Positions 7,547 to 15,780 of a DNA stretch of 15,780 nucleotides are shown here, one piece after another; position 1 is the stretch's first letter, and each line of letters starts with the position of its first letter. The notes under the pieces are model-generated. The model was not told where the DNA came from. It made no database searches and worked only from the letters and a program-made list of their open reading frames with translations. The DNA lies in contig JASLZZ010000002.1 of the NCBI GenBank assembly GCA_030754595.1, positions 1 through 15,780 on the forward strand. The letters run 5' to 3'. The stretch comes from Nitrospinota bacterium (lineage in GTDB: Bacteria > UBA8248). The translations under genes and the position numbers were made by a program.

Positions 7547-10309
7547 TCAGTGCACCTCGCCCCAGTTCTCGCCCGCGCTGGATTCGACGGCGACGGGAAC
7601 GCGAAGGGCGACGGCTCCCTCCATTTCCTCGGCGACGAGCTTTTCCAGCACCTTGAGCTCCCTCGGCGGCGTCTCGAAGAGAAGTTCGTCGTGCACCTGG
7701 ACGAGCATCCGCGCCTTCCTTTTTTCCTTCCGGAGGCGGGCGGAGATGGCGATCATGGCGCGTTTGATGATGTCGGCGGCGCTTCCCTGAATCACCGAGT
7801 TGACCGCGGTGCGCTCGGCGGCGTTCACGAGGTTCCGGTTCCGGCTGTTCAGGTCGGGGAGATAGCGCCGCCGGTTGAAAAGGGTGGTGACGTAGCCGCG
7901 CTCCCTTCCCTCGGCGATAACCTGCTGGACGAATGCGGGCACCTTGGCGAAACGCTCGAAGTAGGTGTCGATGAAGGATTTGGCCTCGCCCTGCGGGATG
8001 TCCAGCGTCCGCGAGAGGCCGAAGGCGCCCTGGCCGTAGACGATGCCGAAGTTAACGGCCTTGGCCACGCGGCGCATCTCCGCGTCCACGTCGTTCACCC
8101 TCACCCCGTAGACGGCCGAGGCGGTGGTCGAATGAATGTCCTCGCCTTTTTCGAAAGCCGAGACGAGGCCCGGGTCCCCGGTGAAATGGGCGAGGACGCG
8201 GAGTTCGATCTGGCTATAGTCGGCGGAAAGAAGCTTCCAGCCCGCCTCGGGCAAGAACGCGCGGCGGATCTCGCGGCCCAACTCGGTGCGGATGGGGATA
8301 TTTTGGAGGTTGGGATCCGAACTGCTGAGGCGGCCCGTCGCAGCGACGGTCTGGTTAAACTTGGCGTGGATGCGCCCGGTCTTCGGTTTCACCAGGCTCG
8401 GAAGTGTATCGATATAGGTGCTCTTTAGCTTCGAGAGCTGACGGAAGTTCAGAATCTCCTGGGGCAGCGGATGACGGCCGGCCAGGCGCTCCATCGTGTC
8501 GATGTCGGTGGAGGGGCCGGTCTTGGTTTTCTTGAAGACGGGCAGGTTAAGTTTTTCGAACAAAATGACCCGGAGTTGTTTGGGCGAGTTGATGTTGAAC
8601 TCCTCGCCCGCCAGCTCATGGATGTACGCCTGCATCCGCTCGAGCCGCGCCTCGATCTCCTTTCCCATTCCCTCAAGGAAGTCTCCGTCCAGCCGGATGC
8701 CATTGTCCTCCATCTCGAACAGCACGCGGAGCAGCGGAATCTCAAGACCCCGGTAAAGGTCCCAAAGCCCGTGCTCCTCGAGTTCAGGCGCCATTTCCTC
8801 GGCGAGGCGAAAGGTGAAGTCGGCGTCCTGGCAGGCATAGGCGGCGGCCGGCTCCACCGGCACATGGGAGAAGGGGATCGCCTTGACACCCTTCCCGCAG
8901 AGATCGGCGTACTTGATCGTCACCAAGTCGAGATATTCCAGCGCCATGTTGTCGAGGCCGTGGCTCGTCCTGCCCGAATTGACCAGGTAGGAGGCGACCA
9001 TGGTGTCGAAAATCTCGCCGCCGATGCTCACGCCCGCCTCCGAGAGCACCGTCATGTCGTATTTGATGTTTTGCCCTATTTTGACGCATTGATCGCCTTC
9101 GAGCAGACCGCGCACCGATTCGAGCACATCAGCGAGGAGAAGCCGCTTCCCGGCTTCGAGCCCTTCGTGCCCCACCGGAACATAAAACGCCCGGCCCGCC
9201 TTCGCCGAAAAACTCAGGCCGACGATCTCGGCCGCACGGGCATCGAGAGAGGTGGTTTCGAGGTCGAAGGCGAAGCGCCCCGCCTTTTTCAGCTCGCGAA
9301 CCATTTTATCGAGATCTTTTTTTGTGCGAACTATGTTGTAGTCCCGAGCCCGGGCCTCGTCGAGGGGGCTGGCGCCCGCCGGACCCGGCGTCTCCGCGCC
9401 CTCTCCCGGTTCATAGCCGGGAAACTGGTTCATGATACTCTTGAATTCGAGTTCCTCGACGAAGAGTTTTTCCGCCGCCGGGATGTCGGCCCCCTCGAGG
9501 CGATAGCGCTCGATATCCTCCTCCACCGGAAAGTCGGTTCTCAGTGTGGCGAGCTCGAAGGAGAGGCGAGCGAGATCGGCGTTGTCCTCGAGGGATTGGC
9601 GCTGCTTGGGCCGCTTGATCTTCTCTCCGGCGGTGAGCACCTCCTCGAGACCGCCGAATTCCTTGATCAGCGCTACGGCTGTTTTCTCGCCGATACCGGG
9701 GACGCCGGGAATGTTGTCTGAGGAATCGCCCATCAGCGCCTGGATCTCCACGAATTTTTCGGGTGGCACTCCCCAGCGCGCCTCGACCTCGGACGGGCCG
9801 ATATTCTCGTCTTTCATCGGGTCCCAGATGCGGACCTTATTTGAAACGAGTTGGGAGAAATCCTTGTCGGCCGTTACGAGGACAACTTCGAAACCCTGGG
9901 CGGCCGCCTTGCCGGAAAGGGAAGCGATCAGATCGTCGGCCTCGGCTCCCGCCCGGGAGAGGGAGGGAATCCGGAGCACTTCGACCACGCGCTTCATATA
10001 GGGGATCTGGGCGATCATATCCTCGGGAGGGGCATCGCGGTTGGACTTGTAGGCGTCGTACATCTCATGCCGGAAGGTGGGCTCGGGCCGGTCGAACGCG
10101 ACGGCGGCGTAATCGGGGGCCTTCTCGCGGAGGACGCTGATGAGCATCCGGGAAAACGCCATGATTCCGCCCGTGGGAAGCCCTTTGGAGTTCGAGAGAC
10201 GCTGGCGCATCATGGCGTAGTAGGCTCTGAACATATAGCCCATGCCGTCGATGAGATATATCTGCTTCGATTTCTTAGCCACTGAGGTTCCAATCGGGCC
10301 GGGAGTCAT
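7547..10309 (-). CDS. polA: DNA polymerase I with 5'-3' exonuclease, 3'-5' exonuclease and polymerase domains
   Basis: YLIDG..YMFRAYY, EADD, GDSSDNIPGVPGIGEKTA, FDLETT, TGRLSSSDPNLQNIP, DYSQIELR, KAVNFGIVYG, QVHDEL. Alternative start is GTG at 10282. Confidence 0.99.
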   Translation of the reverse strand: MTPGPIGTSVAKKSKQIYLIDGMGYMFRAYYAMMRQRLSNSKGLPTGGIMAFSRMLISVLREKAPDYAAVAFDRPEPTFRHEMYDAYKSNRDAPPEDMIAQIPYMKRVVEVLRIPSLSRAGAEADDLIASLSGKAAAQGFEVVLVTADKDFSQLVSNKVRIWDPMKDENIGPSEVEARWGVPPEKFVEIQALMGDSSDNIPGVPGIGEKTAVALIKEFGGLEEVLTAGEKIKRPKQRQSLEDNADLARLSFELATLRTDFPVEEDIERYRLEGADIPAAEKLFVEELEFKSIMNQFPGYEPGEGAETPGPAGASPLDEARARDYNIVRTKKDLDKMVRELKKAGRFAFDLETTSLDARAAEIVGLSFSAKAGRAFYVPVGHEGLEAGKRLLLADVLESVRGLLEGDQCVKIGQNIKYDMTVLSEAGVSIGGEIFDTMVASYLVNSGRTSHGLDNMALEYLDLVTIKYADLCGKGVKAIPFSHVPVEPAAAYACQDADFTFRLAEEMAPELEEHGLWDLYRGLEIPLLRVLFEMEDNGIRLDGDFLEGMGKEIEARLERMQAYIHELAGEEFNINSPKQLRVILFEKLNLPVFKKTKTGPSTDIDTMERLAGRHPLPQEILNFRQLSKLKSTYIDTLPSLVKPKTGRIHAKFNQTVAATGRLSSSDPNLQNIPIRTELGREIRRAFLPEAGWKLLSADYSQIELRVLAHFTGDPGLVSAFEKGEDIHSTTASAVYGVRVNDVDAEMRRVAKAVNFGIVYGQGAFGLSRTLDIPQGEAKSFIDTYFERFAKVPAFVQQVIAEGRERGYVTTLFNRRRYLPDLNSRNRNLVNAAERTAVNSVIQGSAADIIKRAMIAISARLRKEKRKARMLVQVHDELLFETPPRELKVLEKLVAEEMEGAVALRVPVAVESSAGENWGEVH

Positions 10310-10399
10310 AAGAGGCGTTCAGCCCTCAAATTCGCACGAGTTACCCCAGACCGCAAGATATCCACCTCCCGGACCTTTGGCCGGCGCACATACACCTCG

Positions 10400-10412
10400 C
10401 AAGTCATTGAAT
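10400..10412 (-). promoter_or_regulatory. IHF-like site in the AT-rich divergent promoter region of polA
   Basis: CAAGTCATTGAAT is 12/13 identical to the site at 912-924. Confidence 0.4.
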
Positions 10413-10546
10413 TTACTTAGGGTTATAGGGTAAATTACTCTGCGGAAGTGTATTTTTTGTTATTGGCATAAAATCAAGGTCGCCGGAGATTAATCCGGAC
10501 CAGTCGATTCCGGCTCGAGCGACTCATCGAGGAGATTCGTCAGGCT

Positions 10547-12322
10547 GTGAACCCCTCAAATTCCCGGGACGAACTCCTCGCTCTTCTCCAGAAACAAATC
10601 GAGGAGCGGGAAACAGCCCGCGAGAAAATCCAGAAGAGCATCCAAATCCTCAAGGAAGCCGAGCGCGAACTCAGGCAAAAGGGCGCTGCGCCCCTCCGCC
10701 AGGATGAGGAGCAAACCGACCACCTACCTTACCGGATTCATTCCGGTCCGGGCCGAGCGTTTGACCCCCAGGACGAACTCGACGATATCAAGCTTTTAAA
10801 AAAAGAAGACACCCCCAAGACTCCCTCGGGGAGAGGAATCGAAATCGAAGAGGGGCCGAGTCTACTCCAGGAGCCGCCCGCGAAAAGGCGCGAGGCGCCC
10901 CCACCCCCGCAATCTGATTCATCGATTCCAATGGACGACACCCTCCAGGAAGAGCAAATCTCCCTTTTGGGTGGCGCCGGCCTTCCCGCCGGAGAGCCGC
11001 GGACGCCACCGGGAAATCGCCCAGCGAGGAATCGTCCTGACCCCTTCCTGAAAGCCACCGAGCCGAACCTGGACGTTGAAATTCCCCGTCCGGCCTCCGG
11101 CAAACTTCACACGAACGGAGGCCCTCACCGGATCGAAAACGGTCCAAAAAAACCGCTGCCCGTAGCGATTGACCAACTGATGAACTATATCCGGGGAGGC
11201 GGCGCCGTGCGCTGCCAGGACCCCTAGGGGCAAAACTGCGCGGCGTTTCTCTTCGGCGAAAACGGCGTCTCGGTGCTCGCGACGGACGTATTCCTCAACT
11301 ATCTTCGAAAATCAATCCAGCATCTCAGGCGGCTTCACGAGGAGTATCTGGTGGAGAGTGCGTCCTCCCCGCTGAACACCGCCAAGCTCGCCGACCTGGA
11401 AAACAGGAAAAGCTTCCTCCGGGAGTTGGGAGACGGCCTGGCCCGGGAAAACATGGCCGCCCTGCGCGATGTGCCCGGCCTGAAAATTACCGGACCCGGC
11501 ACTTCCGCCGAAACATTCGCCTTTGAAAATTCTACCAGGGATTTTCTGCATTCCGGTTTCCTGACCGCCCTGAACGGCCTTCTGGAACAATCCACCGACT
11601 CGTTTTTTCGCTCGGGGGGGCCGTATTTTGAAATCGCCGACTTTCTCGGCCAGTATAAAAACTTCACCCGCGAGACGGGAGAGGAAAAAATGGCCGTCGC
11701 CATGCTCGAGCAGCTTGGCATCCGGGCCGGCGCGGCCGAGGGCGAAACCGCCCATCTATCCCCCTCTCCGACCGCATCCGAGCCGAAGAAATTCTCCGCC
11801 CCACCGGCTCCCCCCGAGGAGGAAGCGGTCGATCTGACTTTGGAGGACGAGGTGTTCGAACTCGACGAACCCGAAGAGCCCGGCATCACCCTTCAGGTCC
11901 CGAACGAGGTGCTCGAACTCGACGAACCCGAAGAGCCCGGCATTACCCTTCCGGACCCGAACATCGATACCAGCTCTTTTCTGTAGGAAAGCGACCATCT
12001 TCAGGATCTGAACACCTTCGATTTCGACCCCTCCGACAAGAAATCCATCATGGCCCAACAAGAAGACGCGCTCTCCATGTCGAAATTCAAGGGCGGCAAA
12101 GCGAAGCCTCCCTCCGGCGCACCTTCGATCGGAGTGCCCCCCTCCGGGTCCGAATCCACCGAGAGCGCGTTCAACATTGGCGATATTTCTCCCGCAGGAG
12201 GAATCAAAAAATCGGCGGAGGAGGAATACAAGCTCGCCCCCGAGGCGGAAGACGATGAGTCCAGTCCGTTCAGTCTTGAAGACCTCGAAAACCTGTTGGA
12301 CGACGAGGGAAAATCAGACTGA
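10547..12322 (+). pseudogene. hypothetical 591-codon protein (coiled-coil N-terminus, Pro-rich linker, central globular part, acidic tail) with two in-frame TAG codons; pseudogene or readthrough gene
   Basis: Track ORFs 10547..11227, 11273..11986 and 12050..12322 are all in one frame, and both gaps are stop-free: VRCQDP*GQNCAAFLFGENGVSVLATD and TSSFL*ESDHLQDLNTFDFDPSDKKSIMAQQ. GAGGAG lies upstream of GTG 10547; the terminal stop is TGA. Confidence 0.75.
11849..11962 (+). repeat. 57-bp in-frame tandem duplication
   Basis: Encodes EVFELDEPEEPGITLQVPN / EVLELDEPEEPGITLPDPN with near-identical DNA. Confidence 0.9.
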
Positions 12323-12436
12323 TTTCCTTCAAGGACCCCTCCCTGAAGGCTCACCCGACGATAATCTACGGGCGAAGGCATCCTCGTCCATCGAAACGGC
12401 AGTGATTTAAACGGGAAGCGGAAGGAGCCGGGGAAA

Positions 12437-12910
12437 CTAAAACGATTTTCCCCCGGTCCCGGTTCGACCAGGGGGAGCAACAGGTGTGGACCGGCCCCCG
12501 GACGCGGGATTCTTGAACCCTCCCGCGGGAGCGGCGGGCTGTTTCACTGGCGGGGTCTGCGGGGTCTGAGTCACGCCACTCCTCCTCATCGTAAATCCCA
12601 GGTAGGCGATATACAGGAAACCAACGACCAGCAGATACCGAAGAATCTGGTACAAGATTCTCAACGGCAGGCTGGGTTTTTTCTTGCCAAAGAATTCAAA
12701 ATTGTATTGGTCCACCTGTGCTTCTCCGCCAACGGGATTAACAGCGGCCCCCGGGACCAGCCTTTCAATAGAGTCGCTATTACGCCAAAAAACCGCACAA
12801 CCATTATAACTTGGAACGGTCCGAATGAAATCAGGTTTCTCCGGCCGGCAAAGCGTCAAATCGCCGGAATGGGCATTTTCGCCCCGGCGGCGAAAGATGA
12901 AGTACGCCAT
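12437..12910 (-). CDS. hypothetical single-pass membrane protein with Pro/Gly-rich C-terminus
   Basis: ATG with GGGGG upstream; hydrophobic segment ILRYLLVVGFLYIAYLGF; fills the gap between neighbouring genes. Confidence 0.7.
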   Translation of the reverse strand: MAYFIFRRRGENAHSGDLTLCRPEKPDFIRTVPSYNGCAVFWRNSDSIERLVPGAAVNPVGGEAQVDQYNFEFFGKKKPSLPLRILYQILRYLLVVGFLYIAYLGFTMRRSGVTQTPQTPPVKQPAAPAGGFKNPASGGRSTPVAPPGRTGTGGKSF

Positions 12911-12922
12911 TTCCCCCGCGAA

Positions 12923-12965
12923 TTGACACCCTTTGCCGGGCGATGCTAGTTAGCGCAAGGCTAAC
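12923..12965 (+). promoter_or_regulatory. putative promoter/operator in the divergent intergenic region
   Basis: Perfect TTGACA at 12923-12928 with a weak -10. Inverted repeat GTTAGC-N5-GCTAAC at 12949-12965. Confidence 0.35.
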
Positions 12966-12991
12966 GTCTTATTGTAGCTAAGGGAGAACGC

Positions 12992-13975
12992 ATGCATATC
13001 GACGTTCACTGTCATATATTTCCCGAAGAATACATCGATTTGATGGAAAAAGAGGGTGCGCCTTACGGAGCGGTAATTCATACCGACGAGAACGGCGACA
13101 AGCACGTGACCCTCAAGGGGGTGCGCCAGCCCCCCCTGAAGCCGTTTACGAACACCGGCGTCCGGCTCGAAACGATGAAAGAGATGGGACTGGATATGAG
13201 TGTCCTCTCTTTTTCGTCTCGTCCGGGCGTCTACTGGGCCGATGCCCAACTCGCCGAGGAGCTCTCCCAGGAAGCCAATAACGGCTACGCCCGGATTATC
13301 GCGGAGATGCCCGACAAATTCTCCGGGCTAGCAACTCTTCCCGCGCAGGACACCACCCGGTCGGTCCGAGAACTCGAGCGGGCGGTGACCAAGCTCGGCC
13401 TCAAGGGCGGTTTCCTGGGAACCAACGTCAACGGCCGCTATCTCGACGACGAAGGCTTCATGCCGATTTACGAGGCCGCCGCGTCACTCAAGGTTCCGAT
13501 TATCGTCCACCCCGCCAACCCGGCCGCCATGTCCGAGATGCGTGACTACCACCTGTTCAACATGATCGGTTTCACCACGGAGAGCGCCAACTCCATCGCC
13601 CGGCTGATTTTCTCTGGGGTCTTCGACCACCTTCCCGACCTTGAGTTTATCTTTCTCCACGGCGGGGGAACCGCGCCGTATCTGATCGGCCGGTTCATCC
13701 ACGGCTGGGAGGTCCGCCCCGAGTGCCAGAATATCTCCCGCTCACCCCTCGAATACCTGCGGGAGCATTTCTTCTTCGACGCCCTGGTTTTTTATCCCCC
13801 CGTCGTCCGCTTTTTAGTGGATTTGATGGGAAGCGAGCGAGTCATGCTGGGCACCGACCTGGCCTACGACATGACGGACACAAACATCGTTCAGACGCTC
13901 AAATCCGCCGGGCTCAGCGACGAAGAATACGCCAACATCACGCACCTCAATGCACAACGGCTTTTTCAGCTTTAA
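12992..13975 (+). CDS. amidohydrolase family 2 protein (ACMSD/decarboxylase-like)
   Basis: IDVHCH metal-binding motif, ELERAV..LGLKG, IVHP, FLHGGG, MLGTD; AAGGGAG SD. Confidence 0.92.
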   Translation: MHIDVHCHIFPEEYIDLMEKEGAPYGAVIHTDENGDKHVTLKGVRQPPLKPFTNTGVRLETMKEMGLDMSVLSFSSRPGVYWADAQLAEELSQEANNGYARIIAEMPDKFSGLATLPAQDTTRSVRELERAVTKLGLKGGFLGTNVNGRYLDDEGFMPIYEAAASLKVPIIVHPANPAAMSEMRDYHLFNMIGFTTESANSIARLIFSGVFDHLPDLEFIFLHGGGTAPYLIGRFIHGWEVRPECQNISRSPLEYLREHFFFDALVFYPPVVRFLVDLMGSERVMLGTDLAYDMTDTNIVQTLKSAGLSDEEYANITHLNAQRLFQL

Positions 13976-14007
13976 CTTGACGCTCCGACCGCCCAGGTAA
14001 TTCCGAA

Positions 14008-14751
14008 ATGTGGCCCTCCTGGGAACAGACTCTTATTGTCTTCGCGGCGGCCCTGCTCGAGGGGGCCGTTGGGTTCGATTTCGGCCTCGTGGCCGCTCCC
14101 GCGCTGGGTTCCCTAATCGGCGTGCTGAATGCGGTGGTGCTCCTTTCGCTTCCGAACCTCTCCATAGCCGTCTCGAAAATACTGGGAGTGAAAACTCCCC
14201 CTGACCCCGTCCGGCGGTTGATGCCGTTTATCGGGGCCGGCGGCCTGGGCGCCGCCGCGGGGGTCATCACACTCATCGTCACCCCTCCTATCGTTCTGAA
14301 ATGGGGGACCGGGTTGCTAGTCCTCCTCATCGCCGCCTACAGCCTCTCCAGGTTGCGCCTTCAGCTTGACCTTCGGGACGAATCTTTTTTCGCCTACCTC
14401 GCGGGACTGGTCTCCGGCTGGCTGAGCGGCCTAACCTACGCGGGCGGCCCTCTCATCATCATCTACCTGGACAGTCTTCAAATGAACCGCTCACGCATGG
14501 CCAAGATGATGAACATCTCGGCCCTTGCATTCACCGCCATTCAGGTGGCGGCCCTCAGCGGCACCGGAAACCTGCTTCCCCTTTCGGCCGCAAGGTCGCT
14601 GCTGGCGGTGTTCCCGGCTTTGGCGGGTTTCTTGATAGGAAGAAGAATCCGCGGAGCGTTCGCCCCCGAGGTTGGCTACACCGTGGGGCTGAGCCTGATG
14701 ACCGCGGCCGCCCTGGCCCTGCTGATCTTCGGGCCTGGAGGATGGAAATAA
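14008..14751 (+). CDS. TauE/SafE (TSUP) family membrane exporter
   Basis: About 8 hydrophobic segments, GAVGFDFGLVAAP (GxxGFGF-like), and GLVSGWLSGLTYAGGP in the second repeat; 247 aa. Confidence 0.85.
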   Translation: MWPSWEQTLIVFAAALLEGAVGFDFGLVAAPALGSLIGVLNAVVLLSLPNLSIAVSKILGVKTPPDPVRRLMPFIGAGGLGAAAGVITLIVTPPIVLKWGTGLLVLLIAAYSLSRLRLQLDLRDESFFAYLAGLVSGWLSGLTYAGGPLIIIYLDSLQMNRSRMAKMMNISALAFTAIQVAALSGTGNLLPLSAARSLLAVFPALAGFLIGRRIRGAFAPEVGYTVGLSLMTAAALALLIFGPGGWK

Positions 14752-14792
14752 ACACCGGGGAAATAAAAGCGGACCGAGGAATCGGGGATTGA

Positions 14793-15437
14793 TCAGTGGC
14801 TGTTCGTATCGCCCTTCGAGACAATCTTCGATGCGAGAAGCACGAACTCGCGCAGTCCCTCGAGCGGGCCGCTTCTTTCATCGAGTTGAATGCCGTACAT
14901 GTTCTCGTTTTGATCGCGCGTCACGTTTTTCACGAAACCCATTACATTGTCCAGCGTCTTTCCGTTCGGTAGCTCGCCGGAAATAAAAACGGGCATATTC
15001 ATCTCGAACCGGAAGGGGCAGGAAATACTGCATCCGCCATTGCTGATATTCTTGATGACCCCCTTCGCGGAGGATTTGCTTTTCATCGCTTCCGCGAAAA
15101 CGTGTTTTCGCGCCGAAATAAAAATTTCCAAATTCACCGAAATTCGATCGGCTTTCCGGAGGGAGATTTCTTCGATCTGATCGGGATAGACCAGAAATAA
15201 AATTCGAAACGGCTGGGCCGTCTGAAACATCACGTTGGACTTGAAGCCCCAGACGCGCCCTTCGTACATGCCCCGGCCGACAAGGTGGAGATCCTTGGTC
15301 AACTGGACGGCCGATCCGCCACGGGTCGGCTGCTCGAGCATCATGCATCCGCCTTCATCCAACCCAATCAGGCGGGACTGCATCCGCAGTTTATTCACCG
15401 GGTCGACCAGCATTATCATCGAGCCAACGGGAAGCAC
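14793..15437 (-). CDS. PilZ-domain c-di-GMP receptor, YcgR/flagellar-brake-like architecture
   Basis: RKADR (RxxxR) and NISNGG (D/NxSxxG) motifs preceded by a PilZN-like N-terminal domain. Start uncertain. Confidence 0.88.
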   Translation of the reverse strand: MLPVGSMIMLVDPVNKLRMQSRLIGLDEGGCMMLEQPTRGGSAVQLTKDLHLVGRGMYEGRVWGFKSNVMFQTAQPFRILFLVYPDQIEEISLRKADRISVNLEIFISARKHVFAEAMKSKSSAKGVIKNISNGGCSISCPFRFEMNMPVFISGELPNGKTLDNVMGFVKNVTRDQNENMYGIQLDERSGPLEGLREFVLLASKIVSKGDTNSH

Positions 15438-15454
15438 TTTAAAAACATCGCATC

Positions 15455-15500
15455 AAAATAAAAATAATGAAAATAAAAATAAAATCAAAAATAATAAAAA
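15455..15500. repeat. A-tract low-complexity run (AAAAAT-like units)
   Basis: AAAATAAAAATAATGAAAATAAAAATAAAATCAAAAATAATAAAAA in an otherwise GC-rich window. Confidence 0.75.
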
Positions 15501-15557
15501 CCCCAACTTAACCGATTATAATACTTCACAGACACTTTAGAATGGCAAAAAACTTAT

Positions 15558-15780
15558 GGGCACCTCTAAAAACCTCCCCTATTTCATCTCTGATGTGATC
15601 CAATAGGATCCTCCCGCGCCGGAGGATAGATGATGACCACACAGCCAGGATTTTTCGACCTTGATGCCCGGCATGCGCTTTTGAGTGATGGAGGCGAGCC
15701 GCTTGAGTGTTTGAGCCAGATAGTTTCGTTCGAGGATTTCCGTCCCCTTCTGGAGGATGCGCTTGAGCGCAGGGGCCGGA
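15558..15780 (+). mobile_element. left end of an IS5-family insertion sequence
   Basis: GGGCACCTCTAAAAAC resembles IS5-type terminal inverted repeats and lies about 70 nt before a transposase start. Confidence 0.75.
15630..15780 (+). CDS. IS5-family transposase, N-terminal fragment (runs off the window edge)
   Basis: GGAGG SD, then MMTTQPGFFDLDARHALLSDGGEPLECLSQIVSFEDFRPLLEDALERRGR, matching the QPGFFDLDER...LS..GDPL.RL...VDFE.FRP N-terminus of IS5 transposases. Confidence 0.85.
   Translation, partial: MMTTQPGFFDLDARHALLSDGGEPLECLSQIVSFEDFRPLLEDALERRGR

Noticed and set aside
3712..10285. Long plus-strand ORFs (3712..4803, 5029..5766, 5827..6792, 7052..8428, 8471..9721)
   Set aside because: Antisense shadows of GC-rich genes with no recognisable motifs.
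3631..10309. Complete genome-wide reassignment of TAG to a common amino acid
   Set aside because: More than 2000 codons of polA, rnr, smpB and the phosphoesterase contain no internal TAG, and rnr ends at TAG where expected. Only rare or conditional decoding remains plausible.
10463..10480. TTGGCA as a sigma54 -24 element near the IHF-like site
   Set aside because: No GC at the -12 position.
12326..12349. CCTTCA...TGAAGG hairpin as an intrinsic terminator
   Set aside because: No U-tract follows it on either strand.
15437..15448. Minus-strand ATG TTT TTA AAG with a T-TTA-AAG slippery heptamer that could shift -1 into the PilZ frame
   Set aside because: It would add only a few residues, there is no SD or stimulator, and in-frame GTG/ATG starts exist.

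Overview
GC-rich bacterial core region with a visibly AT-richer accessory left end. From left to right: the 5' part of a secreted Sel1-repeat gene (-), a small RHH-like ORF, divergent tRNA-Lys(UUU) and tRNA-Thr(CGU), and a ~2 kb decayed integrative element (TerS/HTH-like ORF, excisionase, tyrosine integrase with an in-frame TAG) that abuts the 3' end of tmRNA. Next comes a minus-strand run polA - PPP-family metallophosphoesterase - rnr - smpB - ssrA. After that are a 591-codon frame broken only by two in-frame TAG codons, a small membrane protein, an ACMSD-like amidohydrolase, a TauE/SafE-like exporter, a PilZ/YcgR-like protein and the left end of an IS5-family element. Two things stand out. 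(1) All three internal stops found in otherwise open genes are TAG, which could reflect amber readthrough, gene decay or sequence error. (2) All three stable-RNA 3' ends carry the same att-like layout of an IHF-like site followed by 11-12 bp-spaced direct repeats.
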